Assembly (NCBI GenBank): GCA_012514175.1
Contig: JAAZAU010000001.1
Location: forward strand, 1 to 56,285
Length of the DNA: 56,285 nt
Origin: Parcubacteria group bacterium
GTDB taxonomy: Bacteria; Patescibacteriota; Minisyncoccia; Phycocordibacterales; WO2-35-19
Direction: 5' to 3'
Positions 7,519 to 18,181 of the stretch are shown one piece after another; position 1 is the first letter of the stretch, and each line of letters opens with the position of its first letter. Made by a program: the position numbers and the translations under genes. A model generated the notes under the pieces. The model ran no database searches, was not told where the DNA came from, and worked only from the letters and a program-made list of their open reading frames with translations.

Positions 7519-9270
7519 ATGCACGTAGAAGATTCACAAATAAAAGATTTTATTATTGATACTGGTCTCATCTCTAAATCAGAAGTAGAAGAGATTGAAA
7601 GCGAGGCTAAATCCAAAAAAAAATCTCTAAGCGACTTGCTTGTTTCTAAAGGCAAATTTTCTGATGATGATTTGCGTCGTGTTCAAGCTTATATCTTAGG
7701 TATTCCTTTCATAAATCTAAAGGGTCAGACTTTAAATCCTGATATTTTAACTTTGATTCCTGAGCCGATTGCTAGAAAGCACAACATAGTTGCGTTCAAT
7801 AAGAAAGAAGATTCGCTGGAAGTGGCGATGCTTGATACTGATGATTTGCAAGCTCTTAACTCCATCAAGAAAAAAGTGGGACTCAAAATTTTGCCACGTC
7901 TGACTGATTCTGAATCAATGAGAAGCGTGCTTATTCAGTATCAAAAAAATCTTAAAGATGAATTTGGTGATCTCATTAAAACCGATTCTGACGAAATTAA
8001 AACAATATCTGAAAAGACGTCCACCGATAATACTTCTTTAGGTGATCTTAAAAAATTAGCTGAAGAGTTGCCGGTGGTGCGCATTGTTGACACCTTGCTC
8101 AAACACTCAATCATTCAAAACGCTTCTGATATTCACGTAGAACCTTTAGAAGAGCAAATTTTGATAAGATACAGAATTGACGGCATATTGCACGACGCTA
8201 TGATTTTGCCGAAACACATCGGTTATTCGTTGGTGGCGCGTATTAAAGTGCTTTCTAATCTAAAGTTAGACGAAAAAAGATTACCGCAAGACGGTAGATT
8301 TAAGATAGATATGAATGGTGAAAGAGTTTCTTTTCGTGTTTCAACTCTTCCGGTTTATTATGGAGAAAAAATTGTAATGAGGCTTTTGCGCGAATCGGTT
8401 TCTGGGTTCACCTTAGAGTCTTTAGGTTTTCACGGTGAAGGTTTAGAGCTTTTACATAAATCTTTGCAACGCACCACTGGTCTTATACTTACTACCGGTC
8501 CTACTGGTTCTGGTAAATCTACTACTCTTTACACAATGCTTGATATTTTAAACACGCCGGATGTAAACATTTCTACAATTGAGGATCCAATTGAGTATCA
8601 AATGAAAAGAGTTAATCAAACTCAAGTTAGAGCGGAAATCGGTTTAACGTTTGCTTCGGGTCTTCGCACCTTGGTTCGTCAAGACCCTGATATTATAATG
8701 GTGGGTGAAATTAGAGACAACGAAACAGCTTCTTTGGCTATCAACGCTGCACTTACTGGTCACTTGGTGCTTTCTACGTTACACACTAATTCAGCTTCGG
8801 GCGCTATTCCTAGACTTGTTGATATGAAAGTAGAACCGTTTCTTATCATTTCCACTATTGACGTTATTATTGCTCAAAGATTAGTTAGAAAACTTTCAGG
8901 CAAAAAAGAAAAATATTATCTTGATGATTCTGAACTTGATTCCTTTGCTAAAGTAATTGATATGGATAGGGTGTTACGAGCTTTGCGGGAAGAAAAAATA
9001 ATCGGTAAACATGATAAGTGGGAAAACATACCTTTTTATAAACCTAGTAAAGACGAGGGAGACAACGCTTTTAAGGGGCGTATTGGTGTCTATGAAGTGC
9101 TTAATGTTTCTAATGCTGTTAGAGATTTGATTATCAAAGGTGCTACCGCTGAAGACATAGAACTTCAAGCTAAAAAGGAGGGTATGCTTTCTATGATGGA
9201 AGATGGAATTTTCAAAGCTGCTCAAGGGCTTACCACTATTGAGGAAGTTTTGAGGGTGGTGTCGGAATAA
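7519..9270 (+). CDS. pilB: Type IV pilus/T2SS assembly ATPase (PilB/GspE)
   Basis: ASDIHVEP, RLPQDGR, Walker A GPTGSGKST, TIEDPIE, RQDPDIIMVGEIRD, GHLVLSTLHTN. Confidence 0.93.
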   Translation: MHVEDSQIKDFIIDTGLISKSEVEEIESEAKSKKKSLSDLLVSKGKFSDDDLRRVQAYILGIPFINLKGQTLNPDILTLIPEPIARKHNIVAFNKKEDSLEVAMLDTDDLQALNSIKKKVGLKILPRLTDSESMRSVLIQYQKNLKDEFGDLIKTDSDEIKTISEKTSTDNTSLGDLKKLAEELPVVRIVDTLLKHSIIQNASDIHVEPLEEQILIRYRIDGILHDAMILPKHIGYSLVARIKVLSNLKLDEKRLPQDGRFKIDMNGERVSFRVSTLPVYYGEKIVMRLLRESVSGFTLESLGFHGEGLELLHKSLQRTTGLILTTGPTGSGKSTTLYTMLDILNTPDVNISTIEDPIEYQMKRVNQTQVRAEIGLTFASGLRTLVRQDPDIIMVGEIRDNETASLAINAALTGHLVLSTLHTNSASGAIPRLVDMKVEPFLIISTIDVIIAQRLVRKLSGKKEKYYLDDSELDSFAKVIDMDRVLRALREEKIIGKHDKWENIPFYKPSKDEGDNAFKGRIGVYEVLNVSNAVRDLIIKGATAEDIELQAKKEGMLSMMEDGIFKAAQGLTTIEEVLRVVSE

Positions 9271-9288
9271 TTTTTTATTTGAAATAAA

Positions 9289-10500
9289 ATGCCATTTTAC
9301 AAATATAAATTTATAAAAGACGGAGAGAAACACGAAAAAACCGGAGAGTTTGCTGACAAAGCTGCTCTTTATGCTGCGGTGCGCAATGACGGTGGCTCCA
9401 TAATTTCCGTAGAAGAAACAAAACCCAAAACTTCCGCTTTGAAATTATTTTCTTTTAGAAAAAAAATAAAAACTCAAGAAATAATAACTTTAGCCAGAAA
9501 TCTTTCTGTGATGTTGGACGCGGGACTTTCGGTTTCTAGAGCTTTGACAGTTTTGGCAAAACAATCAAAAAGCCGAAATCTGGTAGAAGTGCTAAATAAA
9601 ATTAATAATTCTGTTGTGTCTGGTGTAACATTATCTAAGTCACTTGAAGCGTATCCAAACATATTTTCAAACCTGTTTGTCTCTATGGTTAGAGCGGGTG
9701 AAGAATCTGGTCAATTATCTAATTCTTTGCGCATTGTGGCTGACCAGTTGGAAAAAACTCATACGCTTTCAAAAAAAATTAAAGGCGCAATGATTTACCC
9801 TTCAGTTATTGTGTGTGTGATGATAGCTATAGGTGTCCTTGCGATGATTTTTATGGTGCCAACGCTTACGGAAACTTTCAAAGGTCTTGAAGTGGAACTT
9901 CCTTTGCCAACTCGCGTTATCATAGCCATCAGTGATTTTCTGAGAATGAATTTTATTCTGACGATTGGTGTGGTTTTGGTTTTGGTCTTTGGCATAATAA
10001 CTATGATCAGAACTCAAAAAGGTAAAAACGTTTTAGATTTTATAATTTTGCGTTTACCTTTAATAAATACTATTAGCAGAGAGGTGAATGCGGCTAGGAC
10101 TTCCAGGACTCTTTCCTCACTCATTTCTTCTGGGGTGGATATTGTTTCCGCTATAAACATAACGAGCGCAGTTTTACAAAATCATTATTTTAAAAATCTT
10201 TTAACTGAATCAGCTAAACAGGTTCAAATGGGCGAACTTCTGTCTTCTTCAATATCAAATTCTAAAGGTAATCTTTTCCCAGTGTTTGTGGGGGAGATGC
10301 TTGCTGTGGGGGAAGAGACGGGTAAAGTGACTGATATGCTTGAAAATATCGCAGACTATTATGAATCCGAGGTTGATCAAAAAACTAAAGATATGTCCAC
10401 CGTTATTGAACCGTTTCTTATGATCCTCATCGGTATTGCAGTTGGTATCTTTGCTGTCGCTATGTTGCTCCCAACCTACTCACTTGTGGATGCAATATAA
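9289..10500 (+). CDS. pilC: Type IV pilus inner-membrane platform protein (PilC/GspF)
   Basis: Two GspF repeats (AGEESG, VGEETG, IEP) with TM segments, directly after pilB. Confidence 0.92.
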   Translation: MPFYKYKFIKDGEKHEKTGEFADKAALYAAVRNDGGSIISVEETKPKTSALKLFSFRKKIKTQEIITLARNLSVMLDAGLSVSRALTVLAKQSKSRNLVEVLNKINNSVVSGVTLSKSLEAYPNIFSNLFVSMVRAGEESGQLSNSLRIVADQLEKTHTLSKKIKGAMIYPSVIVCVMIAIGVLAMIFMVPTLTETFKGLEVELPLPTRVIIAISDFLRMNFILTIGVVLVLVFGIITMIRTQKGKNVLDFIILRLPLINTISREVNAARTSRTLSSLISSGVDIVSAINITSAVLQNHYFKNLLTESAKQVQMGELLSSSISNSKGNLFPVFVGEMLAVGEETGKVTDMLENIADYYESEVDQKTKDMSTVIEPFLMILIGIAVGIFAVAMLLPTYSLVDAI

Positions 10501-10514
10501 TAGAATTTATAAAA

Positions 10515-10967
10515 ATGAAAATTAATAAAGGTTTTACTTTAATGGAAGTGATGATTGTGATAGGGGTTTTTGTCATTGTGGCAGGTATGACGTTCTATTT
10601 TTTTTCTGGACTTAACAAAAAGGAAATTTTAGAAAAAGATGTTGCTGGAGTTTCTGCTTTTATTCGTGACGCAAGAATGCTTGCGGTAACTTCAAAAGAC
10701 AGTTCTGTTTTTGGTATTCATTTTGAAAACGACAAAGTGGTTTTGTTTAAAGGAAGCTCTTATGTTGCTGGCGGTCCTGATCAAAAAGTTTTTACACTTT
10801 CAAAAGCTGTTTATATGTCTGGTTATTCTTTAAATCTTGGTGTGCCTGACGTAGTTTTTTCTAGGTTTAGTGGGGAAACTGCAAATTTTGGCACAGTTAC
10901 TTTTTCTTTAGATGATGATAGTGCTTCAATTACTATTACAATCTTAGGGACTGGAGTGATACAATAA
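10515..10967 (+). CDS. Type IV pilin-like protein
   Basis: Class III signal KG-FTLMEVMIV. Confidence 0.88.
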   Translation: MKINKGFTLMEVMIVIGVFVIVAGMTFYFFSGLNKKEILEKDVAGVSAFIRDARMLAVTSKDSSVFGIHFENDKVVLFKGSSYVAGGPDQKVFTLSKAVYMSGYSLNLGVPDVVFSRFSGETANFGTVTFSLDDDSASITITILGTGVIQ

Positions 10968-10975
10968 TAATAGCT

Positions 10976-11482
10976 ATGAAATTTTTTAAAAAATTTTTAC
11001 CCCAAGAAAAAAAACGGAATAGAGGTTTTAGTTTAGTGGAAGCTTTGATTGCGATCTTTATTATTGCTTTTTGTATTTTAGCTATTTGGAGAATTTACGT
11101 TTTCTTTGTTAAAACCTCTCTCTCAAATGCAAAATTTTTTCAAGGTGCATTTTTAGCTGACGAAGGTGTTGAGGCGGTTAAATTTATGCGCGATGGTGGC
11201 TGGTCTTCAAATATAGCTCCTTTAACTTTAGAAACTCCTTATTCTTTAATTTTTGATGGCACAAAATGGGAAGCCACTCCCGCTATTTCTTATATTGATG
11301 GGGTTTTTGACAGGCGAGCCATTTTTTCAGCAGTTTACAGAGACGCCGATGGCAACATTGCAGATTCTGGCGCCTTAGACGAGGGCACCAGAAAAGTTAA
11401 AATAATCGTATCTTGGTCTAAGGACTCAAGCACTACTACTAGAGAAATAACTACTTATGTTAGCAATCTTTTCAAAAATTAA
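10976..11482 (+). CDS. Type IV minor pilin (PilV-like)
   Basis: RG-FSLVEALIA prepilin motif. Confidence 0.85.
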   Translation: MKFFKKFLPQEKKRNRGFSLVEALIAIFIIAFCILAIWRIYVFFVKTSLSNAKFFQGAFLADEGVEAVKFMRDGGWSSNIAPLTLETPYSLIFDGTKWEATPAISYIDGVFDRRAIFSAVYRDADGNIADSGALDEGTRKVKIIVSWSKDSSTTTREITTYVSNLFKN

Positions 11483-11486
11483 AAAT

Positions 11487-11993
11487 ATGGGCAAAACGCG
11501 CGGAGTGACCTTAGTGGAAGCTATTTTGTATTTAACACTTTTTATTGTTGTTTTGGGTGTGGTTATAAATATGCTTTTGGCTATTAACAGCTCTTATAAA
11601 GAAATAAGGTTGAATAGGGAAATTGAGATTTCGGGGACTGTAACTATGGAAAGCTTGCTTAGAGAAATTCGTAACGCCTCTAGTATTGACGTGAGCAACA
11701 GTCAATTTGGCGTAAACCCAAGTAAGATTACTTTAATGGGCGTTGATGAAAGTTCAAATGCCTACACAAAAACATACGATGTTTTGGATGGTGCTTTTAG
11801 GGTTTCTAAAGATGGCGGAACCCCTGAAATACTGACTTCTTCTTTGGGTTCTGTTAGTTCTCTTGTTTTAAAACGCTTAACCACCTCTGCTTCAGAAGCC
11901 ATAAAAATAGAGTTGGAAATTACTGGAACCTTAGGCTCTCTCTCAAAAACTGAGAAGTTTTATGGATTTGCGGTTTTAAGAGGTTCTTATTAA
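11487..11993 (+). CDS. Type IV minor pilin (PilW-like)
   Basis: RG-VTLVEAILY prepilin motif. Confidence 0.82.
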   Translation: MGKTRGVTLVEAILYLTLFIVVLGVVINMLLAINSSYKEIRLNREIEISGTVTMESLLREIRNASSIDVSNSQFGVNPSKITLMGVDESSNAYTKTYDVLDGAFRVSKDGGTPEILTSSLGSVSSLVLKRLTTSASEAIKIELEITGTLGSLSKTEKFYGFAVLRGSY

Positions 11994-12001
11994 TTGGTTT
12001 T

Positions 12002-13729
12002 ATGTCTTTATTTTCTAAGAAACAAAGCAAAAAAAGAGGTCAAGTGATGATAATTATCGTGCTGTTTTTTGTTTCTATATCAATGGTTATTATTTTTGGT
12101 GTTGTAAATCCTTTAGTCAGACATATTTCAATGGCTAGATCGGTTTCAATTTCCGAAAAAAGTTTTTATACAGCTGAAGCTGCTATTGAAGATGTGATAT
12201 ATCGTTATAAGTTTGGATTGCCGGTTGTTTCTTCTAATACTTTTGAAATTGACGGAAGCAGTGTGTCAGTGACTGTGACCGACGGTCTGAACAATAAAGT
12301 TGTGGTGGCGACAGGGGACACCAATAATTATTTTAGAAAGATTGAAGCTCATTTAACGGCCGGCGCTGGAGTTTCGTTTTTTTACGGATTACAAACAGGA
12401 ACCGGAGGTATTTTTATGAGCAACAATTCTATTGTTAAGGGTAATGTTTATGCTAATGGAAATATTAGCGGAAACAATGGCGCTCGGATTACCGGTTCAG
12501 CTTATGCTGCCAATTCAGCGAGTTTAAACACAAACCAATCCAACGAGTTGCCTCTTCCGCCCACTGAGAGTATTCAATTTGGGTCTAGTTACAATGCTCA
12601 AGATGTAGCGCAAAGTTTTATGGTTACGGAGACTGCGCCAATAAATAAAATTGCTGTCTATTTAAAAAAAGTAGGCACTCCAGGCAATTTAACTGTAAGG
12701 ATTGTAAACAATAATGGTGATAAACCCGGAACAGCGACTTTGGCCCAAGGCACTATGTCGGCCTCTTTAGTGACTACTTCTTTTGGTTGGGTGGAAATAC
12801 CTTTATCTTCAAACCCTGAACTGGTTCCGGGACAAGTTTATTGGTTGGTTTTAGATGGAGGAAACAACACTAGTAAATACTATATTATCGGAGCCAACAG
12901 TGATTATTCTAATGGGGTTGCTAAAATTGGTAACCAAAGCACTTCCGTTTGGAACAACACTTCGCCTTCGGGTCTTGATTTTTACTTTAAAATATTTTTA
13001 GGGGGGTTGACTGGCACCATTAACAAAGTTTTGATTGGTTCAGATGCTCACGCCCATACTGTTACTAACAGCACTGTTACCGCCAACCTTTATTGTCAAA
13101 CAGGTAGCGGCAACAATAAATCTTGTAACACTTCTTTACCAGACCCTTCACCAGAAGCTTTTCCGATATCAGATGCTAATATTGCTGAATGGAAAAGTGC
13201 GGCCGAAAGCGGTGGGACCGTGGGCAGTCTTAATTTAAGTGGCACCTCCTCTTCTTTGGGTCCTAAAAAAATTAACGGCAATCTTAATGTCTCCAATGGT
13301 TATGTTTTAAATGTTACAGGCACGGTTTACGTGACCGGTGATATAAATATTTCAAATAACGCTACTGTAAAATTGTCTTCTTCGTATGGTTCAAATAGTG
13401 GAGTTGTTATAGCTGATGGGAATATTTATGTTTCCAACAATGCTGTTTTTGCAGGTTCAGGACAAACCGGTAGTTATATTTTACTTGTGAGCACCAACAA
13501 CAGTAGTAATGCGATCAATGTTTACAACAACGCGGGCACTGTTATTCTTAACGCTCAAAAAGGCACTATTAATTTTGCTAACAATGCTGGCGCTAAATCA
13601 GCGGTAGCGAATCGCATCAATTTAAGTAACGGCGCTACTATTACTTACGAAAGCGGACTTATCAATGTTAATTTTTCCTCTGGTCCTTCCGGAGGTTACG
13701 ATATCGTCAAGTGGAAAGAGGTTGAATAA
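12002..13729 (+). CDS. PilX-like large minor pilin/adhesin with Gly/Asn/Ser-rich beta domains
   Basis: KRGQ-VMIIIVL N-terminus lacking E5, AEAAIE motif, last gene of the pilin cluster. Confidence 0.7.
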   Translation: MSLFSKKQSKKRGQVMIIIVLFFVSISMVIIFGVVNPLVRHISMARSVSISEKSFYTAEAAIEDVIYRYKFGLPVVSSNTFEIDGSSVSVTVTDGLNNKVVVATGDTNNYFRKIEAHLTAGAGVSFFYGLQTGTGGIFMSNNSIVKGNVYANGNISGNNGARITGSAYAANSASLNTNQSNELPLPPTESIQFGSSYNAQDVAQSFMVTETAPINKIAVYLKKVGTPGNLTVRIVNNNGDKPGTATLAQGTMSASLVTTSFGWVEIPLSSNPELVPGQVYWLVLDGGNNTSKYYIIGANSDYSNGVAKIGNQSTSVWNNTSPSGLDFYFKIFLGGLTGTINKVLIGSDAHAHTVTNSTVTANLYCQTGSGNNKSCNTSLPDPSPEAFPISDANIAEWKSAAESGGTVGSLNLSGTSSSLGPKKINGNLNVSNGYVLNVTGTVYVTGDINISNNATVKLSSSYGSNSGVVIADGNIYVSNNAVFAGSGQTGSYILLVSTNNSSNAINVYNNAGTVILNAQKGTINFANNAGAKSAVANRINLSNGATITYESGLINVNFSSGPSGGYDIVKWKEVE

Positions 13730-13746
13730 ATTGCTACAATGGTGTA

Positions 13747-14517
13747 ATGAAAAAACGCAATTTGGTAGTGGCTAATTGGAAAATGAATCCAGAAACCTTA
13801 ACTGAAGCTAAGGAAATTTTTAACCCACCAAGAAACTTTGCTAAAAATCTTAAAAATACCGATGTGGTGGTGTGCCCACCGTTTCCGTTTATTCAACCTC
13901 TTTCCAAATTAAAATTACCTAAAAATATATTTTTTGGCGCTCAAAATGTTTCTAGTGAAATTAAAGGTGCTTGGACTGGAGAAATTAGTGCTGAAATGTT
14001 GAAAGGTTTGGGAGTAAAGTTTGTTTTGGTGGGGCATTCCGAAAGACGAACACTGGGTGAAAGTGGTGAAATCTTTTCCAAAAAACTCCAAAGAGCTTTT
14101 GATGCTGGTCTAACTCCAATATTTTGCATCGGAGAAAAAGAAAGAAACAAAGACGGTCGTCATTTGGAAGTAATCAAAAATCAAATTAAAGAAGGTCTTT
14201 CTGGGCTACCTAAAAAACATTTGGTCGGCATTATGATTGCTTATGAGCCGGTTTGGGCAATAGGGAAGTCATATAAAGATGCTATGACTCCGACTGATAT
14301 CCACGAAACAGTTTTGTTTATTAAAAAAATAATAAGCGAAAGTTTTGGTCGCGATATCGCGGGTGGTTGCAAAATTTTTTATGGCGCAGCCGTTGAAGCG
14401 GAAAATGTGGCTCTGATAGTGGAACAAGGTAATGTGGATGGACTTTTGGTTGGTCATGCTTCCCTTAAACCCGAAGAATTTTTAAAAATTTTAAAAGCAA
14501 TTGATATTAAAAAATGA
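13747..14517 (+). CDS. tpiA: Triosephosphate isomerase
   Basis: ANWKMN, GAWTGEIS, VGHSERR, AYEPVWAIG. Confidence 0.95.
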   Translation: MKKRNLVVANWKMNPETLTEAKEIFNPPRNFAKNLKNTDVVVCPPFPFIQPLSKLKLPKNIFFGAQNVSSEIKGAWTGEISAEMLKGLGVKFVLVGHSERRTLGESGEIFSKKLQRAFDAGLTPIFCIGEKERNKDGRHLEVIKNQIKEGLSGLPKKHLVGIMIAYEPVWAIGKSYKDAMTPTDIHETVLFIKKIISESFGRDIAGGCKIFYGAAVEAENVALIVEQGNVDGLLVGHASLKPEEFLKILKAIDIKK

Positions 14518-15506
14518 AATCAATTGAAGAAGCAGAAATAAAAGCGGGGACAAAAGTTTTAGTGAGAGTGGATTGGAATGTGCCAGTTGATGAAGCAGGT
14601 TTACCTACTGACAGTTCGCGCATAGAAGCTACGCTTTTAACTATTGAATATATAAAAAATAAAGGCGGTTTGCCGATAATAGCTAGTCATTTTGGGCGTG
14701 AAGGAGATTCTATTGAAACGGTTATAAATTTTGCCAAACAAAAATATTCAGTTTTAACTGCGGGGGTGGAATTTTTAGAAAATTTACGCATAGATAAAAG
14801 AGAAGAAAACAATGATGAAAGTTTTGCTAAAGATTTGGCAAGTAAGGCTGATATTTATGTAAATGAGGCTTTTTCTGTTTCTCACAGAGAGCACGCTTCT
14901 ATTGTAGGTGTTCCAAAATTTTTGCCTGCTTTTGCTGGTTTTCATTTTATGAAAGAATTTCAAAATCTTTCCAAAGCTTTTAATCCTGAACGTCCTTTTC
15001 TTTTTATACTTGGTGGCGCCAAATTTGAAACCAAACTTCCTTTACTAGAAAAGTTTTTGGAACTTGCTGATGATGTGTTCATTGGGGGAGCTTTGGCTGT
15101 GAAAGCGTTGGAGATGTCAGATAAAAATGGTGTGCCTATTGCTGATAACCCTAAAGTAATTTTTCCAGAGGGAGACATTGTGGCGCCTGATATTAATCCA
15201 GAAACTTTAGCTATTATAAAAGAAAAAATTGATCAAGCTCAATTTATTCTTTGGAATGGACCTTTGGGTAATTATGAAAAAGGTTTTATTGCTGGAACCG
15301 TGGCTTTAGCCAGAATGCTTTCTGAAAGTTCTGCTAAAGTTGTGGTGGGCGGGGGAGATACATTGGCTGTTGTTAATAAAGATGTGCAAAAAGTTATTAC
15401 TCAACACGGTTTTATCTCAACTGCTGGTGGTGCAATGCTTGATTTTTTGGCTAAAGGCACTTTGCCGGGAATTGAAGCGCTTCAAAACCAAATCAGTTTA
15501 GAATAA
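14514..15506 (+). CDS. pgk: Phosphoglycerate kinase (shortened form)
   Basis: RVDWNVP, SHFGR, LENLR, ILGGAK, WNGPLG, GGGDT, STAGGAML. Confidence 0.93.
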   Translation: MKSIEEAEIKAGTKVLVRVDWNVPVDEAGLPTDSSRIEATLLTIEYIKNKGGLPIIASHFGREGDSIETVINFAKQKYSVLTAGVEFLENLRIDKREENNDESFAKDLASKADIYVNEAFSVSHREHASIVGVPKFLPAFAGFHFMKEFQNLSKAFNPERPFLFILGGAKFETKLPLLEKFLELADDVFIGGALAVKALEMSDKNGVPIADNPKVIFPEGDIVAPDINPETLAIIKEKIDQAQFILWNGPLGNYEKGFIAGTVALARMLSESSAKVVVGGGDTLAVVNKDVQKVITQHGFISTAGGAMLDFLAKGTLPGIEALQNQISLE

Positions 15507-15540
15507 TTCTGGCGCACCGAGTGCACCAGAATTATTCTAA
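15498..15540. terminator. Inverted repeat between convergent pgk and HIT genes (possible bidirectional terminator)
   Basis: TTAGAATAATTCTGG...CCAGAATTATTCTAA perfect 15-bp arms. Confidence 0.65.
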
Positions 15541-15894
15541 ATTAGCTGTTATTTTTTGGGCGTTTTCTTTAAAATCTTTTTTGTCACCAGAGACTTTGTT
15601 GTTTGGATAAACCCAAATGTGGGCGTGCTCAACCTCATCACCAACAATTTTAGACAATATCCAATCGGTATTAAAAGCTTTCCTTTGGGCTTTGGCAATT
15701 TTTCGAGCAACTTCAAAATATTCACCGACGTTTGGTACATCCCAAACCCACCTGTGATGCTCTTTAGGAATAATTTGGCAATGGCCGGGAGATTGAGGGT
15801 TGATGTCAAGAAAAGCCAAAAAATTGTCGTTTTCGTAAACAATATGAGATGGCACCTCTTTTTTTATGATTTTACAAAAAATACAATTTTCCAT
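15532..15894 (-). CDS. HIT family nucleotide hydrolase
   Basis: CIFCKII, AFLDINP, GHCQIIPK, HAHIW histidine-triad region. Confidence 0.9.
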   Translation of the reverse strand: MENCIFCKIIKKEVPSHIVYENDNFLAFLDINPQSPGHCQIIPKEHHRWVWDVPNVGEYFEVARKIAKAQRKAFNTDWILSKIVGDEVEHAHIWVYPNNKVSGDKKDFKENAQKITANLE

Positions 15895-15964
15895 AACCTA
15901 ATTATAACACGTTTTTTCTTTCTTTTTTAATGTCAGAGGGGGCTAGGAGTGTTATTATTTTTCT

Positions 15965-17683
15965 ATGGCTAAAAAATATTCTGTAAAACCTAAAATTACT
16001 GATGATTTAATTGAACAGTTACTTCACAATAGAGGTATTGAAACTCCAGAAGAAAAAGAGGCCTTTTTAAACCCTGATTTTGAAAAGCATTCTTGGGATC
16101 CGTTTTTGTTGTCTGATATGAAAAAAGCGGTTAATAGGATTTTGCAAGCAATAGACAAAAAAGAGCACATTGGGGTTTGGGGTGATTATGATGTTGATGG
16201 AGTTTCTGGGGTGGCTTTGTTTTATGATTTTTTTAAAAAAATCAATTTTGATAATTTTGTTTATTATATTCCTAGCAGACAAGAAGAGGGTTACGGTTTA
16301 AATCAAGACGGATTAGATGAATTAGCTAAAGAAAAAGTAAGTCTCCTTATAACAGTTGATTGTGGAATTAGAGATTTTAAAAATGTTGAATACGCCAAAA
16401 GTTTGGGTATGGAAGTGATAATCACTGACCACCACGAACCATCTTCCTCAATTGATGCGATCAGCGAAGAATTACCTAAAGCTTTTGCGGTAATAAATCC
16501 AAAAAGAGCAGATTCTCAATATCCTGAAAAAATACTTTGTGGCACTGGTGTGGTTTGGAAAATAATTCAAGCTATTTTACAAACTAGAAGAGATTTGATT
16601 TCAGAAGGTCAAGAAAAATGGTTCCTGGACTTAGTTGGGCTAGCCACTTTGGCAGATATGGTGCCTCTTACCGGAGAAAATCGTATGCTCGCTTTTTTTG
16701 GTTTGAAAGTTATACAACGTAGTAGACGTTTGGGTTTGCTGAAACTTTTTTCAATGTTGAGAATGGATAGAGAAAATTTAAACGAGGATGATGTCTCTTT
16801 TATGATCGCTCCGCGTCTTAATGCCGCTTCACGTATGGGTCATCCTGTTGAAGCCCTCAATCTTTTGATTGCTGACAACGAAGTGGATGCTGACACTTAC
16901 GCTAAACACTTAAGCAGTATCAACGATGATAGAAAAATTTTGGTTGCTAATATTGTTAAAGAAGCCAAGAAAAAAGTTAGAGAGAAATTTAACAATGGGG
17001 GAGAGAAGCCTGTTATTGTGATCGGTAACCCTGAATGGCACCCGTCTATTTTAGGATTGGTTGCGAACTCTATTGTAGAGGAATATGAACGACCGGTTTT
17101 TCTTTGGGGTAGAAACGGAGGAGATGAAGAAAGGTTGCTCAAAGGTTCGTGTCGTTCAGATGGAGCAACTGATTTAGTGGCTGTGATGGAGAGGAGGCGA
17201 GAAGTTTTTATTGAGTTTGGTGGTCATAAAATGTCCGGAGGATTTTCGGTTAGTTTTGAAAAAATTCATACCCTTGAAGAGGTGTTAATAGAATCATTTT
17301 TGTCTCTGAAAGAAGAATTAAAAATTGATAACGAAAATGAAATTTTGGTTGACGCCGAACTTGGTTTGGAAAATGTTTCTCCAAAATTTGTTTCGGAAAT
17401 TTTAAAACTGGCGCCGTTTGGGGTGTCTAACGAAAAACCCATTTTTATTTTCCGTGACGTTATCCCAGAAAAAATAAATCGTTTTGGAAAAAACAAAGAG
17501 CACCTCTCCATAAATTTTCGCGACGGCAGTAGAAGTGTCAGAGCGATATCTTTTTTCACTTCGCCAGACCAATTTGGTGATCTGCTTAAAGAGGGGATTA
17601 AAACCAATTTGGTCGCTAATATTGAAAAATCTTTTTATGGTGGACGCTCTGAGATTCGTTTGAGGATTGTAGATTTTTTTTAA
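15965..17683 (+). CDS. recJ: ssDNA-specific exonuclease RecJ
   Basis: GDYDVDG, ITVDCG, TDHH, PRLNAASR, GSCRS, FGGH, LAPFG. Confidence 0.95.
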   Translation: MAKKYSVKPKITDDLIEQLLHNRGIETPEEKEAFLNPDFEKHSWDPFLLSDMKKAVNRILQAIDKKEHIGVWGDYDVDGVSGVALFYDFFKKINFDNFVYYIPSRQEEGYGLNQDGLDELAKEKVSLLITVDCGIRDFKNVEYAKSLGMEVIITDHHEPSSSIDAISEELPKAFAVINPKRADSQYPEKILCGTGVVWKIIQAILQTRRDLISEGQEKWFLDLVGLATLADMVPLTGENRMLAFFGLKVIQRSRRLGLLKLFSMLRMDRENLNEDDVSFMIAPRLNAASRMGHPVEALNLLIADNEVDADTYAKHLSSINDDRKILVANIVKEAKKKVREKFNNGGEKPVIVIGNPEWHPSILGLVANSIVEEYERPVFLWGRNGGDEERLLKGSCRSDGATDLVAVMERRREVFIEFGGHKMSGGFSVSFEKIHTLEEVLIESFLSLKEELKIDNENEILVDAELGLENVSPKFVSEILKLAPFGVSNEKPIFIFRDVIPEKINRFGKNKEHLSINFRDGSRSVRAISFFTSPDQFGDLLKEGIKTNLVANIEKSFYGGRSEIRLRIVDFF

Positions 17684-17704
17684 CATTAAATATAAAATGT
17701 TTTT

Positions 17705-18181
17705 ATGATTACAATTTATACAGACGGTTCATCGCGTGGCAATCCGGGTCCGGGAGGATATGGAGCTATTATTTTTGATGAGGAGCAAGTTAGAGAAATT
17801 GGCGGTCGGGAAGATAGAACCACAAATAACAGAATGGAAATGATGGCCACAATAGTGGCGTTAGAAAATGTTCCAGCAAATTCTGATGTGGAAATTTACG
17901 CGGACTCAGAATATGTGATTAAAGGCATCACTAGTTGGATAAAAAATTGGCAAATAAATAATTGGCGCACCAAAGACAGGAAAGAAGTTTTGAATAGAGA
18001 TTTGTGGGAAAAACTTTTGGCAGTTACTAAAGATAAAAATGTTGAATGGAAAAAAGTAGCAGGTCATTCTGGTCACAGTTTAAATGATAGATGTGATGAA
18101 ATAGCTACTGGATTTGCTGATAATATAGAAGTGAATCTTTTTAAGGGCTCAAAACAAGAATATAATATGTTTCACCAATGA
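17705..18181 (+). CDS. rnhA: Ribonuclease HI
   Basis: YTDGSSRGNPGPGG, TTNNRME, DSEY, NRDLW, GHSG..NDRCD. Confidence 0.95.
   Translation: MITIYTDGSSRGNPGPGGYGAIIFDEEQVREIGGREDRTTNNRMEMMATIVALENVPANSDVEIYADSEYVIKGITSWIKNWQINNWRTKDRKEVLNRDLWEKLLAVTKDKNVEWKKVAGHSGHSLNDRCDEIATGFADNIEVNLFKGSKQEYNMFHQ

Noticed and set aside
14514-15506. Short PGK as a pseudogene
   Set aside because: Frame intact with the main catalytic motifs; internal shortening fits reduced-genome variants
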